A stretch of DNA of 62,448 nucleotides, counting the filler, from Choristocarpus tenellus KU-1152 (taxonomy: Eukaryota > Protista > Phaeophyceae): assembly GCA_964200185.2 (NCBI GenBank). It is 10 parts of 10 records of this genome, joined end to end, with 100 filler letters (N's around TTAATTAATTAA, not from the genome) between each part and the next. Parts side by side here need not be neighbours in the genome. Positions count along the whole stretch, not along the records: positions 49,319 to 55,537 come from CAXNAD020008654.1; positions 55,638 to 58,370 come from CAXNAD020025216.1; positions 58,471 to 62,448 come from CAXNAD020016825.1; 7 more parts are not named here. One strand, written 5' to 3'. The notes under the pieces were generated by a model that worked only from the letters and a program-made list of their open reading frames with translations, did no database searches and was not told the origin of the DNA. Position 1 is the stretch's first letter. Each line of letters opens with the position of its first letter. The position numbers were made by a program, and so were the translations under genes. Below are positions 51,665 to 62,448 of the stretch, in pieces.

Positions 51665-53305
51665 ATGAGTTCCTCAACAGCACGACAGACAATGGGAACG
51701 AGGAAGAGGTCTCGGACTCTTGTAGGTAGCTTCGCGGTAGTACTAGTCGTGTGTGCGCAATGCACTAGTGCCTTTATCCCAGTGGTGTTGTCGCCGAGAG
51801 CAGGGTTAAGGAGGATGGTGCCTGGCGTTGTGGAGGCGAAAGGTTTTGGAAAGGGGAAGACCTCGCCTCCTCCAGAGGACGCACGTCCGAGGAAAGTGCC
51901 TATTTCAGCACCTACTTCTCCCGAAGTGGGTCTCTGGGAGAAGGAGTACAAGGCTTATATTAACAGAACGGGAGAGTACCTCTGCTCCATGTCGTGGGAA
52001 GGACATGAAAAAATGGGACGAGGGGCAATTTTTGCAAATTATGATGACGCAAGGAAAGATTTGAAGGCACCAAACAAAGTAAGGGCTTGAGAAATGAAAA
52101 ATGCAAAAAAAATATGCAAACGCAAAGTCCTACAAGACAGAAGTTGCCAAACTGCTTTCCATATTCCGATGTACCACTTGACGCCTCGCACTCGTACAGG
52201 TGGAGATGCTGGGCGGGATCCCCTCGATGTACGTACCTTTAAGTGAGTTTGAGAGCATGCAAGGGGCGAAGGAGGATGAAGCTAATGACCTTGCTCAAAT
52301 TATTAACAGGGTTGAAACCTACAGGCCCGAGAAGGAGTTCGTGGTCGTGTTTCAGGCAGCTGGTGTCATGGGGTAAGGAATTAGTTCGTAGCGGATGCCT
52401 TTGTGTCCTGAACATGCTGAATATGTGTTATTATCATGTGCTCATCTTCTCTAGGGCTGTGGAGTCCGGTTATTCTTACCTCCCTACCTTAGCTAGCCTG
52501 GTTGTGGGTTGTGTGTATTGATAGTGATGCTGGGGGAGTTGGTGTTTGTCACTATCGTAATTATCACTATATTTTGAGACAATTTTTGTTATATTAACAT
52601 TTAAATCATTCGCATTTTGCATGTCATTAAAGCGGATATTGAATTTTGCATTTACAGATTCAGGGATAATATTTGTTACTTTATTTCCCGTGTCTATTGA
52701 TGTTAATTCAAGATTTGTACTTTGAAAAAATTCACTGGAAGGTGTGGCAGTGCCCTCCGACGCAAACGGTGTAAAGCATTTGTATTGTTGCTTTGCATGT
52801 GATTTATTAAGCCATTCCCTTACTGAATGTACTGTTTGTATATCGCAGGCTGAAGTTGAGTGGATGTAGTATGCAAGAGGATTGCACAATGGACATAATT
52901 TCTGTAGCGCATGAAAATCCCACACAACATATAGACCCTGGGACCTGGATACTTGACACTGGCACCCTGTCCATCACATATGAAGTAGCCACTTGCTTCC
53001 AAATTACTGTAGTTTCTGGAACTGTTTCCCATTGATTAGTCCTCCAACTCAAATAGATTTTTGAATTGCACATTCTCACTCAACCACCAATGTGCCATAA
53101 CCCACCGGACGCAATGCCCTCAAATCTTTTCCTTTTGATCATCCCAACTTGCAGAACGGACGTTGTAAAGCCGAGCATTAGTCCACCAGAAATGGCCAAG
53201 TACGTTGTGAGCCAAGAGTCGGAGCAGGACAAAGAGGTCGTGGAAGGAAGCAACAATATTGTTGGAGAGGATGGGGTCATTGATGTCACTCCAATTGAAT
53301 TGTAG
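51665..53305 (+). CDS. Plastid-targeted protein with a CcmS-like domain
   Basis: Exons 51665-52078, 52200-52372, 53155-53305 with canonical in-phase GT-AG junctions. Signal peptide ends CTSA-FIP (ASAFAP-type) followed by a basic transit peptide. Core WEKEY...LCSMSWEG...GRGAI...MYVP...LAQIINRVETYRPEKEFVVV...KPSISPP. Gene structure is confident; the family call is an inference. The start may be 51692. Confidence 0.8.
52550..52737 (-). pseudogene. dapE: Bacterial dapE (succinyl-diaminopimelate desuccinylase) gene fragment inserted in an intron
   Basis: SEFFQSTNLELTSIDTGNKVTNIIPESVNAKFNIRFNDMQ matches the alphaproteobacterial DapE dimerisation-domain pattern FQxxNLExTxIDxGNxxxNxIPxxxxAxFNIRFN. 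47 of 180 bases are G/C over 52561-52740. Confidence 0.85.
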
Positions 53306-56300
53306 GCAGGCAAGAGGGCAAGAATACGCCTTTTTGTTGTGAGAAGAAGTCAATGACGACAGGGATTTTGCGTCTTGTTCATTCTTTAGTTGTATCCTCA
53401 CCTTTGCACTACAGGAAGCAGAGCACAGTCCTGCAAATCGAAATACCTCTACTATTACATTAACCACTAGCGGAGGAGAGAAGAAGGCACATTATTGATA
53501 GGGAAACCCCCTGCACTTGTTCGATGACTTAACTAAAGATCATCTGCGGATGTTATCTATGCTGTCATGCAAGAAGAGATCTCACCGCGCGCTTGTACAG
53601 TCTTCTGATTGACCCCACAAACTGCTTATTTGCAGAGTCCAATCCTCTCTCACTTCTATCTCTATGCATGTTGACCAGTACAAGATTAAGTACACCATGC
53701 CCTGTTTCATGAAATACGCCCAAATTTGGGCATATAGTCAATGCACCAGATGCTTTGGTGGAGAGGGGCCCATGCAATGGGCGGAGGAGAATCATACACT
53801 AACCTCGTCAACTCTAGCAACAGGCATATGCACCAGCGCCCCTGTGTTTGTTTCATATACTGATCAACCATCTGGACTGACTTCAAGAATGTTGCTGTCC
53901 TGTTCCAAGGGGAATATATAAAGCTGTTCTTCCTCCTGTTTTTGCCTTTGCAGCGTGTAGCAATGACAGGACAGTGAATATTGCTTAATCGAAGGCTCAA
54001 AATGGCAGTACTACCACCAATAACATAACATTTCTGTTCTTCAGTTATATACTGGCCCTTTGCAGTAGAACATTTTCTTACATGTTGACTTCGCTGCTTT
54101 CACTGTCTGTGAGAGAGTAAGCAGCCCTTTGAGCTGTTCATGATTTTGTTTACCTTAGCCTGCTGGATCCTTTGCCTGCACAGTAGAAGAAATATTCAAA
54201 GCATGACTTGAAGGGGACAGCGTATTTCATAAATGGGATGGTTGATACATGGTGATGCAATATCAAGGTGTCCAGTGGAATTGTGCGCACTCGGGACCAT
54301 TTATAAGTTTCATTGGTAGTAAATGCCACACTTTAGGATCAGTGAGGTGGGAATGTGTGAGCACTATTTCAGAGAAAAATATTTCAAATCCCATAGCCCA
54401 CGAATTAGCTGTGCGGGTGTACAGTTCATCTGCAACTATTCGTCTCTTACCACCAATTGTGTATTAGCTAATCTGTGAAATTCAGTGTTTATGGATGTGC
54501 AAATCTTAACAGTTTCATGTATACATCATTTCTAGGAATGTGGATTCATGCCAATCCAAATGCCTGCCAGTTTGTGCCTGCAAATAATAAATTGGCAAAT
54601 ACTTGTACAACATTTGGCTGGTGTGGTGCCTCCTTGTTCCTCATTGTGTCCAGGGATTTTCTTTGTGAAGAGATTCAATTTCTGCTGGATTGCACCCATT
54701 TTTTCTTGAATGAACAAAATTCTGTATATTTGGGACATTTCTTGTGACTATGTTACAGGAGTAACATACAGATTTGTGCCAAATAGCGTATTGAGTAACA
54801 GTTTACAAATGTATTTATGTGCACATTAGAAGCACCCCTCTGAGAGTGTAGACGTGATCTGCATTCAACTCATTGAGTTGACCCACGTGTAGTAATAGAT
54901 GTCAAAAGCAAATTTATATAACAATTCCACCATTTTAGTTAATCTATCTTTACCTTAGAAAATTTAAGGAGTGATCCACTTAATCTTATTGTAAAATGCT
55001 TGCAAAAATATGTCATTTTTTTTTTAATATACATTGACAAGTGATGAGTCCCTTATATTGGATATAGGGTATGTTCATTTGATTTGTGGCCATCAGTAGG
55101 ACATGCATACCCCTCTGACTTGTGACATTAAACAACATCGAACGGTGTTTTTTATGGAGATGTAGATTTGTTACCAGAATTTCTTTAAAAGTGGACTTGG
55201 GGTAGCCCACATTTACTCCAAGAATGGTGTGGGGATGGGGTGATATTGCTGGTGTGTTTCTGGTTGAGTCGCAATAGGAAATTGTAGATATGGAGGGCCA
55301 CTGAGATAGAAACCTGATTCCACAATATTTCTCCAATACTCTATAGTGAACCTAAGTCAGACCATAATAAATCTATGGAGGTTGTAAATGCAAAAAGCAC
55401 AATTATGCAAAAAAAAATAGCAATGGAAAAGTCAGAGTACCTGAGGCTCAAAGTATCTGGGGGGGGGGGGGGGGGCCCACCACAGGGGGTCCATTACACC
55501 CCCCCCCACCACAAGGGCACTCAACACCCCCCTCCAANNNNNNNNNNNNNNNNNNNNNNNNNNNNNNNNNNNNNNNNNNNNTTAATTAATTAANNNNNNN
55601 NNNNNNNNNNNNNNNNNNNNNNNNNNNNNNNNNNNNNGGGGGGAGGGGGGTGGGTGGGTGGGAAATATACATGGTACCGCTTTTGCCTTGGGATTGTTCC
55701 GAATTTTGTTATTTGTTTATTTGTCTATTTATTTTGATTCTGTTGGTCGGAAGAATACAATGGAGTGGACTCTAGAGTATTAATATTATTATATGACACT
55801 TGTTGTAATTGTTGTTGTTATTGTTAGTATTCTTGTTCTTGTTCTTATTATTCTTATCCTTGTTCTTGTCATTATTATGGTTATTGTTATAGTTATTGTT
55901 ATTATTGTTAGTATTTTTGTTATTATTGTTATAGTTATTGTTATTATTGTTAGTATTTTTGTTCTTCTGTAGCGTTTGTAGTGTGGTCAGGTGATGTTTT
56001 CCGACTGATTTAATCGATAGGTTCAGACACTCTGTGTACAGATTTTTTGTTGTTGTGTTTGATGGGAAAAAGTGGTCGGCATCAACTCCACTCTGAAAAA
56101 ATAAAAGAAAGAAATATATCTATGTATATATCTATGTATATATTTTTTTCTTCTGTATTCCGTATTTTTTCTTATTTTGTGGACTTGGCAATGCTGCCTG
56201 CCTGCCTGTATGTGTTGTGTATGTATGTGTGTGTATGTATGTGTGTGTATGTGTGTGTATGTGTGTGTGTATGTATATATTATGTATTATGTATGTATGC

Positions 56301-57152
56301 ATCCGATGATGGAGTAAATCTCTAACCAAGTGAAAAAAAAAAGAAGGTAAAGTATCGTATCGTGCTTTTGAGAAAAAAAAGGATTTTTTTTGATGTGATA
56401 TTGTTGTTGGAAGTGTGTGCCTTTGTTCAGTGTTTTTGAATTTTGAGTTTTGAATTTTGCTAGTGTCCTTTCATTTGTTTAATGCTGCTATATATATATA
56501 TATATATATATATATTTACTTTTCTGACAACACGACAGAAATCCAGTAGGATAAAATATTATGTACAGTAAGGGTTAGGGTTAGGGTTAGGAAAGAGTGT
56601 GCAATAAGATTTTTGATGTGTGTATAAGTGTGTAAGAGGTGTACGTAACTTCCATTTTTAATTTTTTTGGAATTTTTCTGTTGTTTCAGGTAATTCTCCG
56701 TGATAAGCCCCTTTATTATAAATATTGAGTTATCTGCCTAAACTTACCGATGATCACTTGGCTTGGAAGAAAGAAGTTTAATAGAAATTTCTAAGAATGT
56801 ATGAGAACGCTTTACCTCCCTCCCTCCCTCTCTCCCTCACACAAACACACACACACACACACTCCCACACCCAGGCGTGATATGCCATTACCATTTTATT
56901 ATTTTTGTTTTAACATTTGTTTGAAGGGTTTGTTTGAAGACTCCTGGTAAAAGGGAAAAGGTAGAAGCACCGATATCCCCCCTCCACCGAACCCTATTAT
57001 GCCCATGTTGTATTCATGTCCACACCACCTCTAATAATCCCCTTCCCCCCCCCCCAAATCCCCCCCCCCTTTTTTTTCCCCTTTTTTTTTTTTTCCCTTC
57101 CCAAGTTTTTTCAAAATTTTTTTTTTCCTCTCTCTGCCGTTGTATAACATTC

Positions 57153-57362
57153 GGTGTTGTTGTTATTATTATTATTATTGTTGTTGTTGTTATTGTTGTT
57201 GTTATTATTGTTGTTATTATTATTGTTGTTGTTGTTATTGTTGTTGTTATTATTGTTGTTGTTGTTGTTGTTATTATTATTGTTACTGTTGTTATTATTA
57301 TTATTATTATTGCTATTGTTATTATTGTTACTGTTATTGTTAATATTATTATTATTGTTGTT
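57153..57362. repeat. Compound (GTT/ATT)n microsatellite
   Basis: Seen directly; source of the poly-L, poly-V/I and poly-C/Y ORFs. Confidence 0.95.
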
Positions 57363-57376
57363 TTTGTGTCTCGCAG

Positions 57377-57787
57377 ATTGGAGGCGTGGGGGGCATGGGC
57401 ATGCAACAGGGCATGACCACAGCGCAAATCAACCAGATACAAGCAGGGTACGGCTTGTCGCCGGGGGGTATGGTCCCGCTGGGGGTGAGTTTTTTTTTTT
57501 TAAAGAAAAGAAAATGATCGATGTATTTACCGTACCTGAAAATGAACTTGATTTTTTTTATTTTTTTATGTTGTATATATATACATATATAATATATATT
57601 TACATCTCCCTCTCTCTCTCTCTCTCCCTCTTTTTTTCTCTTCTGTCAAAAAAATAAAATAAAACCCCTCGAAAAGGTCATGTCTGGTGTTCACCCTGGG
57701 ATGGCCACCATGGGTCACCCTCACCCGCAGTCGCCTTACGGCGGATATTGGTCAGGCGAGGTGGACATGGGGGGCAACTACGGAGGG
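57377..57787 (+). CDS. Two internal exons of an unidentified Gly/Met/Pro-rich low-complexity protein
   Basis: cag|57377-57484|gtgagt gives IGGVGGMGMQQGMTTAQINQIQAGYGLSPGGMVPLG; aag|57677-57787|gtgaga gives VMSGVHPGMATMGHPHPQSPYGGYWSGEVDMGGNYGG. Both are phase-0, GC-rich islands in AT-rich repeats. Confidence 0.6.
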
Positions 57788-58146
57788 GTGAGAGCTCCTC
57801 CTCAATTCCCCTTTGTCGGGGATTGATAATAACAATAAGATTGATAATAATAATAATAATAATAATAATAATATGTGTGGGATCGTACGCATTCGGCTCC
57901 AACTGCACCGGATTCTTTGTTTTATTCTTTATTTTATTTTATTTTTGTGAAGAGCAGGGGGAAAAAAATAAAAAAGAGCCAGAAACCATTCGAAACGCCG
58001 TCGTAAGCTTGTCACACACCTTTTATTTTTATTTTTATTTTATTTTTTGTTCTCTCGCCTGCGGCGATAGCCCTGACCAGTCGACCCTGGGGGGTATTGG
58101 GGATGAGTTTGCTTTTTATTTTTATTTTTATTTTAGAGGACAGAAT

Positions 58147-58185
<39 letters not shown>

Positions 58186-58470
58186 AAGTATAATGTCTCT
58201 ATACATACATCTCTCTATATATATTTTTTTATATTTTGAAATTTCGACTCGATGAGCAACTGCTGTGCGTGTGTGACTTAATTTTATTTATTTATTTAAT
58301 TTAGTATGGGTTCAACAGATCCACCCACCCCCTGACGCTCTGCTCCGCCTGTTGTTGATCGAAACCCCTCNNNNNNNNNNNNNNNNNNNNNNNNNNNNNN
58401 NNNNNNNNNNNNNNTTAATTAATTAANNNNNNNNNNNNNNNNNNNNNNNNNNNNNNNNNNNNNNNNNNNN

Positions 58471-58570
58471 GTGGCAATGCTCTTTCTTGACACTGCATAG
58501 TGGCAATGCTCTTTCTTGACACTGCATAGTGGCAATGCTCTTTCTTGACACTGCATAGTGGCAATGCTCT
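58471..58570. repeat. 29-bp perfect tandem repeat at a contig start, probably intronic
   Basis: gtggcaatgctctttcttgacactgcata x3 plus a partial copy. Confidence 0.95.
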
Positions 58571-58661
58571 GCTGCAGCTCTGCCTTTTCTTCTTCAATAT
58601 TTTATTTGTTACGCAAAACCTAGCTCAAGTCTAATCTATATCGCTGCCCACTGATTGACAG

Positions 58662-59576
58662 GGAATGTTGTGGAGAACATGCCTGATGCAGGAATTGCAG
58701 TGATGGAATCGTTTGGCCTAAAGGTGTTTGAAAACACCTTCACCAATGTCAAGTATGGTATTCGGGTCAGTGTGGGTGGTGGCAACAACGAGATCTATGA
58801 CAATGTCTTCGAGAGCGTGTCCCAATGTAAGTTCACAAGTCAACATGGTCTGTTGGGGTGATAATGTGAACAATAATTTTAAGAGGTAATCGATAGTTTC
58901 ATGAAGGCTAGCTGCTCACATCTGTTGCACCATTGATGCTGCAGATGGTATCTACACGTACCAGGGGTCGGATGATCCACTCACCGACAGTGATGGGCGG
59001 CCTAAGGATAACATCTTCATGAACAATAAGGTGTTGGACTGCTCTACAGGAGTTAAGCTTGGGCAGAGCGATGACATTATTTTGACCGGTAAGAAAAAAG
59101 AGCTGTAGTTGAAAGCATCCGTAGTAGTTTTTATGCGTTTGACAATTTTGCCTGACTCGATTTCCAAAAAAAAAATCAAGTCAAACTTAGCACTTCATAG
59201 AGATAAGGGTGAATTGGGAAGTTTATTAAACTGGCTTTGAATGCACAATGGCCAAAACCTTAGCCTCTCGTTTACTTTGGCTTGTTTATAATTCAAGAAC
59301 ATCGAGTTTAAAAAAAAAACGATTTATCTTGAAGTCAATACGTGATTTGAATTCATGACACAAAATTCCCAACAAGCAAACAATCTGAGTAATTCCATTT
59401 TTGTGCACCCTTTTTCTCTATCAGGAAATGAATTCACCGGATCAGAACTTACTTTCGTGTTTTCGGACAGCACGGAAACCCTCTTCCTTGACAACATCTA
59501 CTCCTCTGCTGATTTCGATGTATCTAGCTCATGCTTTGCTGGTGGTTCCCAGGATGGTGCTGCACCTCTTTGCTAA
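58662..59576 (+). CDS. Mannuronan C-5 epimerase (alginate-modifying, parallel beta-helix), last three exons
   Basis: Exons 58662-58826, 58945-59088, 59425-59576 in phase. DAGIAVMESF...YGIRVSVGGGNNEIYDNVF...YGIYTYQGSDDP...DGRPKDNIF is characteristic of brown-algal mannuronan C-5 epimerases. Confidence 0.9.
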
Positions 59577-60618
59577 GGAATGCAAAAAGAAATTTCATTG
59601 AGAATTTGCTGTAACCACTATATCTACCGACCAACAGGTTGGATTTGTATTGTGCTTACAGTGACTAATACCATAAACGTTGGTAGGAAGAAATCATTGA
59701 TGAGATGTTTATCAGGATAAAGTATGGTAGACATTGGGGGTCAAGTGATGCATTTTTTGGGATGCAGCATAGTAGATGTTTACTTGTACCTGGGACCCTC
59801 CTTGCTTTTGGTAAGTGTTTCGAAGTTTAAGTTGATTTGTGGTGGATGCATCAATTTGATGGGGAGTAACACAATTAAAACTCGTTAGAACTAATGATTT
59901 GAGGATGTGGAGGATTTGAGGCCTCCAATACTCTGCATTTTTTGCCCTGTATTATTGCTGCCAATAAATAGAGTGCTGTTCATTGTTGCAGGAGAGGCAG
60001 CCTTGACTCTTGCTCTACAAGAATATTTGTCGTGTAGGTATATACTGTAGTCTGGTCCATGTGATCCATTCGATCAATCTAGGACCGTCCTAGTTCTTGA
60101 TTCCAGCTGTGGAGTCGATGCGTATGAAGAGAGCATGCGGTGTTGTTGTGTAGAAGAACAAGAAAACAGTGTCACACATGAGTATTGGAATTGTGACATA
60201 TTTGTGACCTTTGATTATGTCATCAATTTGTAGCACTATAGATCGTGTCGATGTTTGGAAGCAAGATGACTGGATATGATAATTGCAATGTCACCGTTTG
60301 CGTGTACTTTCTATTTGCTCTTGCAGCCAGTTCTTACTAATGCTTACCTGCATGACAAATATGAGGGCGAAACCTGGTGCAATGTTAGATACAAAGCAAC
60401 CATGTCATACAGTCATCCTCCAACAGAACCTCCACCACTTTGGCCTTGAGCATCCGAATATCTTCACCTCGAGTAATGCGCCAACTGCCCAGATGCGTAC
60501 TTCTTCACTATACTTATGAACTGCCTCCACACCTGTTGGAGCCAGTGGTGGATATTTCGGTTGTAGCAGCATAATGACTGGTAGAACCTGCTTGTACCTT
60601 CACCCTGAGTCCAGATCA

Positions 60619-60867
60619 GAGTGAAAGTCTTAAAGGGTACAAGTTTGGTCCTGTTTGTCCGTTTAGGGCTTGATTTCCCATGTTTTTTTAAATGACATTT
60701 TCCGACTTCAAAACTTATCGGAGTAGGTAAATGCGAATGTTACGAAAAGGTGTCTGGAACAAGGATATTAACATTCTTAAACACGATAGCCAAATTACAA
60801 CAAAATCGAAACATTGGATTATCGCCCCCAAATGGACCCGGCTCTGCCCTCTAGGATACTTTGGTTC
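60619..60867 (+). mobile_element. MITE family A copy (diverged), nested in an RTE remnant
   Basis: gagtgaaagtcttaaagggtac ... tgccctctaggatactttggttc. Confidence 0.85.
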
Positions 60868-61074
60868 ATCTGCATTTCATCTGTTGACTTGTTGGAGACC
60901 CAAAGGCTCACACTTTCCATAATGTGTGTACAGTGTCCACGTCTAATACATTGTTACAATCCTGACCAAGCTCTCTTGAGTGCCCTGGACACAATGCCCA
61001 CATCACTGGCAAAGAGCTTGCGCCTATGTAGGAACAGGCAATACTTTTTTTGAACCTCTCAATATACCATATAT

Positions 61075-61428
61075 AACTATTCCGAACACCCCCCATTATC
61101 CATATTTCCACAGCCTTGCAATCTATAACACGAAATCGACAAATAACTAAAATCTTGGGATGCGCCCCTAACTTGACCAGTATCATTATCTAAGGGACCA
61201 CTCACTCAACACAGTTAAACATGCATTTTGCAGGTCAATAAGGCGGACACACAGAACTATTCCGAGCACCCCCCATTATCGATATTTCCACAGCCTTGCG
61301 ATCTATAACACGAAATCGACAAATAACTAAAATATTGGGATACGCCCCTAACTTGACCAGTATCATTATCTAAGGGGGCTCTCACTCAACACAGTTACAC
61401 CTGCCTTTTGCAGATCAATAAGGCAGAT
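61075..61428. repeat. 180-bp tandem duplication within the RTE RT remnant
   Basis: aactattccga(a/g)cacccccattatc...aataaggc starts at both 61075 and 61255. Confidence 0.9.
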
Positions 61429-62032
61429 GGACAAGAAATCTGTCCGAACTTTTGTAAGACACGTACCATGATATCATGTCAATAGTCGATTGAGGTCAGG
61501 ATCGCTATTGCTCCTCAGGCAGTATGCCCTCCCGCTTTTAACATATACTCCACCAGGGGTTGCGCAGCAACTCTTAGAAACACTTCCGGATTGCCATCAG
61601 CATCAGCAAGGTACCCCTGTAGTTGCCATGTCGAGCACAGTCTCTGTTGTGAGTGATTTGAAAATTGTTGGCTGCGTCTTTCTCATCTATCTTCCTCTCA
61701 GTGAGATATTCTCCAACCTTCACAAACAACGGTAACCTTTGTATTCAATATCAACTCCAAGACACAAAGGTAAATTCAAAACAAATTGCGTTCCCAATTG
61801 CTGTATGACATCGCTAATCATGGCATAATATTCAGGAACTACCTTGCTCCTCACTTTATACATTTTGCTTCCATAGCGAGGGAAGGTTTTCCCACCTATT
61901 TGTCGAACGTCTAACTCAGATACGTGGTTAAAGGATTGAAGCGACGTCTTGGAAGTAGAGAAGTCATTGTTTTGTATTCATTTTGTATTATACGGTATGT
62001 ATCAGAAATTCATTGTTTGCGATCTACCCATT

Positions 62033-62110
62033 GCTAGAACCTCTAGTGAACCCCTGACCTACCCTGAAACAACTTTCATGGTACCTCAGGGGTTTACTAA
62101 AAGCTCTAAC
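62033..62110. repeat. Hairpin family H copy (diverged)
   Basis: gctagaacctctagtgaacccctga ... tcaggggtttactaaaagctctaac. Confidence 0.7.
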
Positions 62111-62448
62111 ACTCATTCCTGGACTATTTTTATTTTTTTCTACAAGCCAGGTACATGAGCAGATTGTAATATTGATGGGTGGACCTACCTTGGACCTGGA
62201 CAGGGAGGGGAGAGTAATGGGCGACAATACAGAATGGAGTGTGACTGCAAGAATAGCTGGACAGGGTTAACAGGGTGGTGATGGTTTCGCAGGGAGAGGG
62301 TATCACTCCTTCAACATACACTCCAAGTGCGGCTAGTTGGGATGGAAGCTCTAGGGAGGAGAGGGGGGAGGCCCCAGGCACCCACAATGGGATAGGAGGT
62401 ATCACTGGGATCCGATAACCTTACTCTCCCACTGGGGACTCTAACCCC

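Larger units (their letters stand above)
60240..61740 (-). mobile_element. Decayed RTE-clade LINE RT, interrupted by a MITE and internally duplicated
   Basis: Minus strand gives GNYRG, EGILPEEQ, STIDMI, LSICLIDLQKA, LFASDVGIVSR and IRMLKAKVVEVL. Confidence 0.8.

Noticed and set aside
52476-52925. 149-aa minus-strand ORF as a functional dapE gene
   Set aside because: Only the central ~60 codons resemble DapE; the catalytic domain is absent and the flanks are intron sequence.
56934-57657. Poly-Leu, poly-Val/Ile and poly-Cys/Tyr ORFs
   Set aside because: They are translations of a trinucleotide microsatellite.
58471-58570. 29-bp repeats as a CRISPR array
   Set aside because: The units are head-to-tail with no spacers, in a eukaryotic intron context with no cas genes.
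26181-59576. Cell-wall gene cluster (GT47 plus mannuronan epimerase)
   Set aside because: The genes are on different, artificially joined contigs.
61075-61428. 180-bp repeat as ankyrin-type coding repeats
   Set aside because: The translation matches RTE reverse transcriptase (CLIDLQKA...ILVKLG) and contains stops.

Overview
Eukaryotic nuclear DNA, almost certainly from a brown alga: it carries a mannuronan C-5 epimerase, an ASAF-type plastid-targeting signal, intron-rich genes and TTAGGG repeats. The window is ten short contigs joined by nine artificial 100-bp linkers (N44-TTAATTAATTAA-N44), so adjacency across linkers is not evidence of synteny. Spliced genes reconstructed by eye: PAF1 (5' part), a complete Gfo/Idh/MocA inositol-dehydrogenase-like gene with a probable GC-AG intron, a GT47 exostosin (5' part), a complete plastid-targeted protein resembling cyanobacterial CcmS, two exons of a Gly/Met/Pro-rich protein, and the 3' end of a mannuronan C-5 epimerase. 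The rest is mostly decayed transposons (RTE LINEs, Tc1/mariner, pogo) and several related MITE or hairpin families. The most striking signals are in one gene at 51.7-53.3 kb. Its product aligns with the beta-carboxysome chaperone CcmS, and its second intron holds a ~190-bp, ~26% GC, uninterrupted antisense fragment of an alphaproteobacterial (Rickettsiales-like) dapE gene, a candidate recent endosymbiont-to-nucleus transfer. All homology calls come from motif recognition, not database searches.
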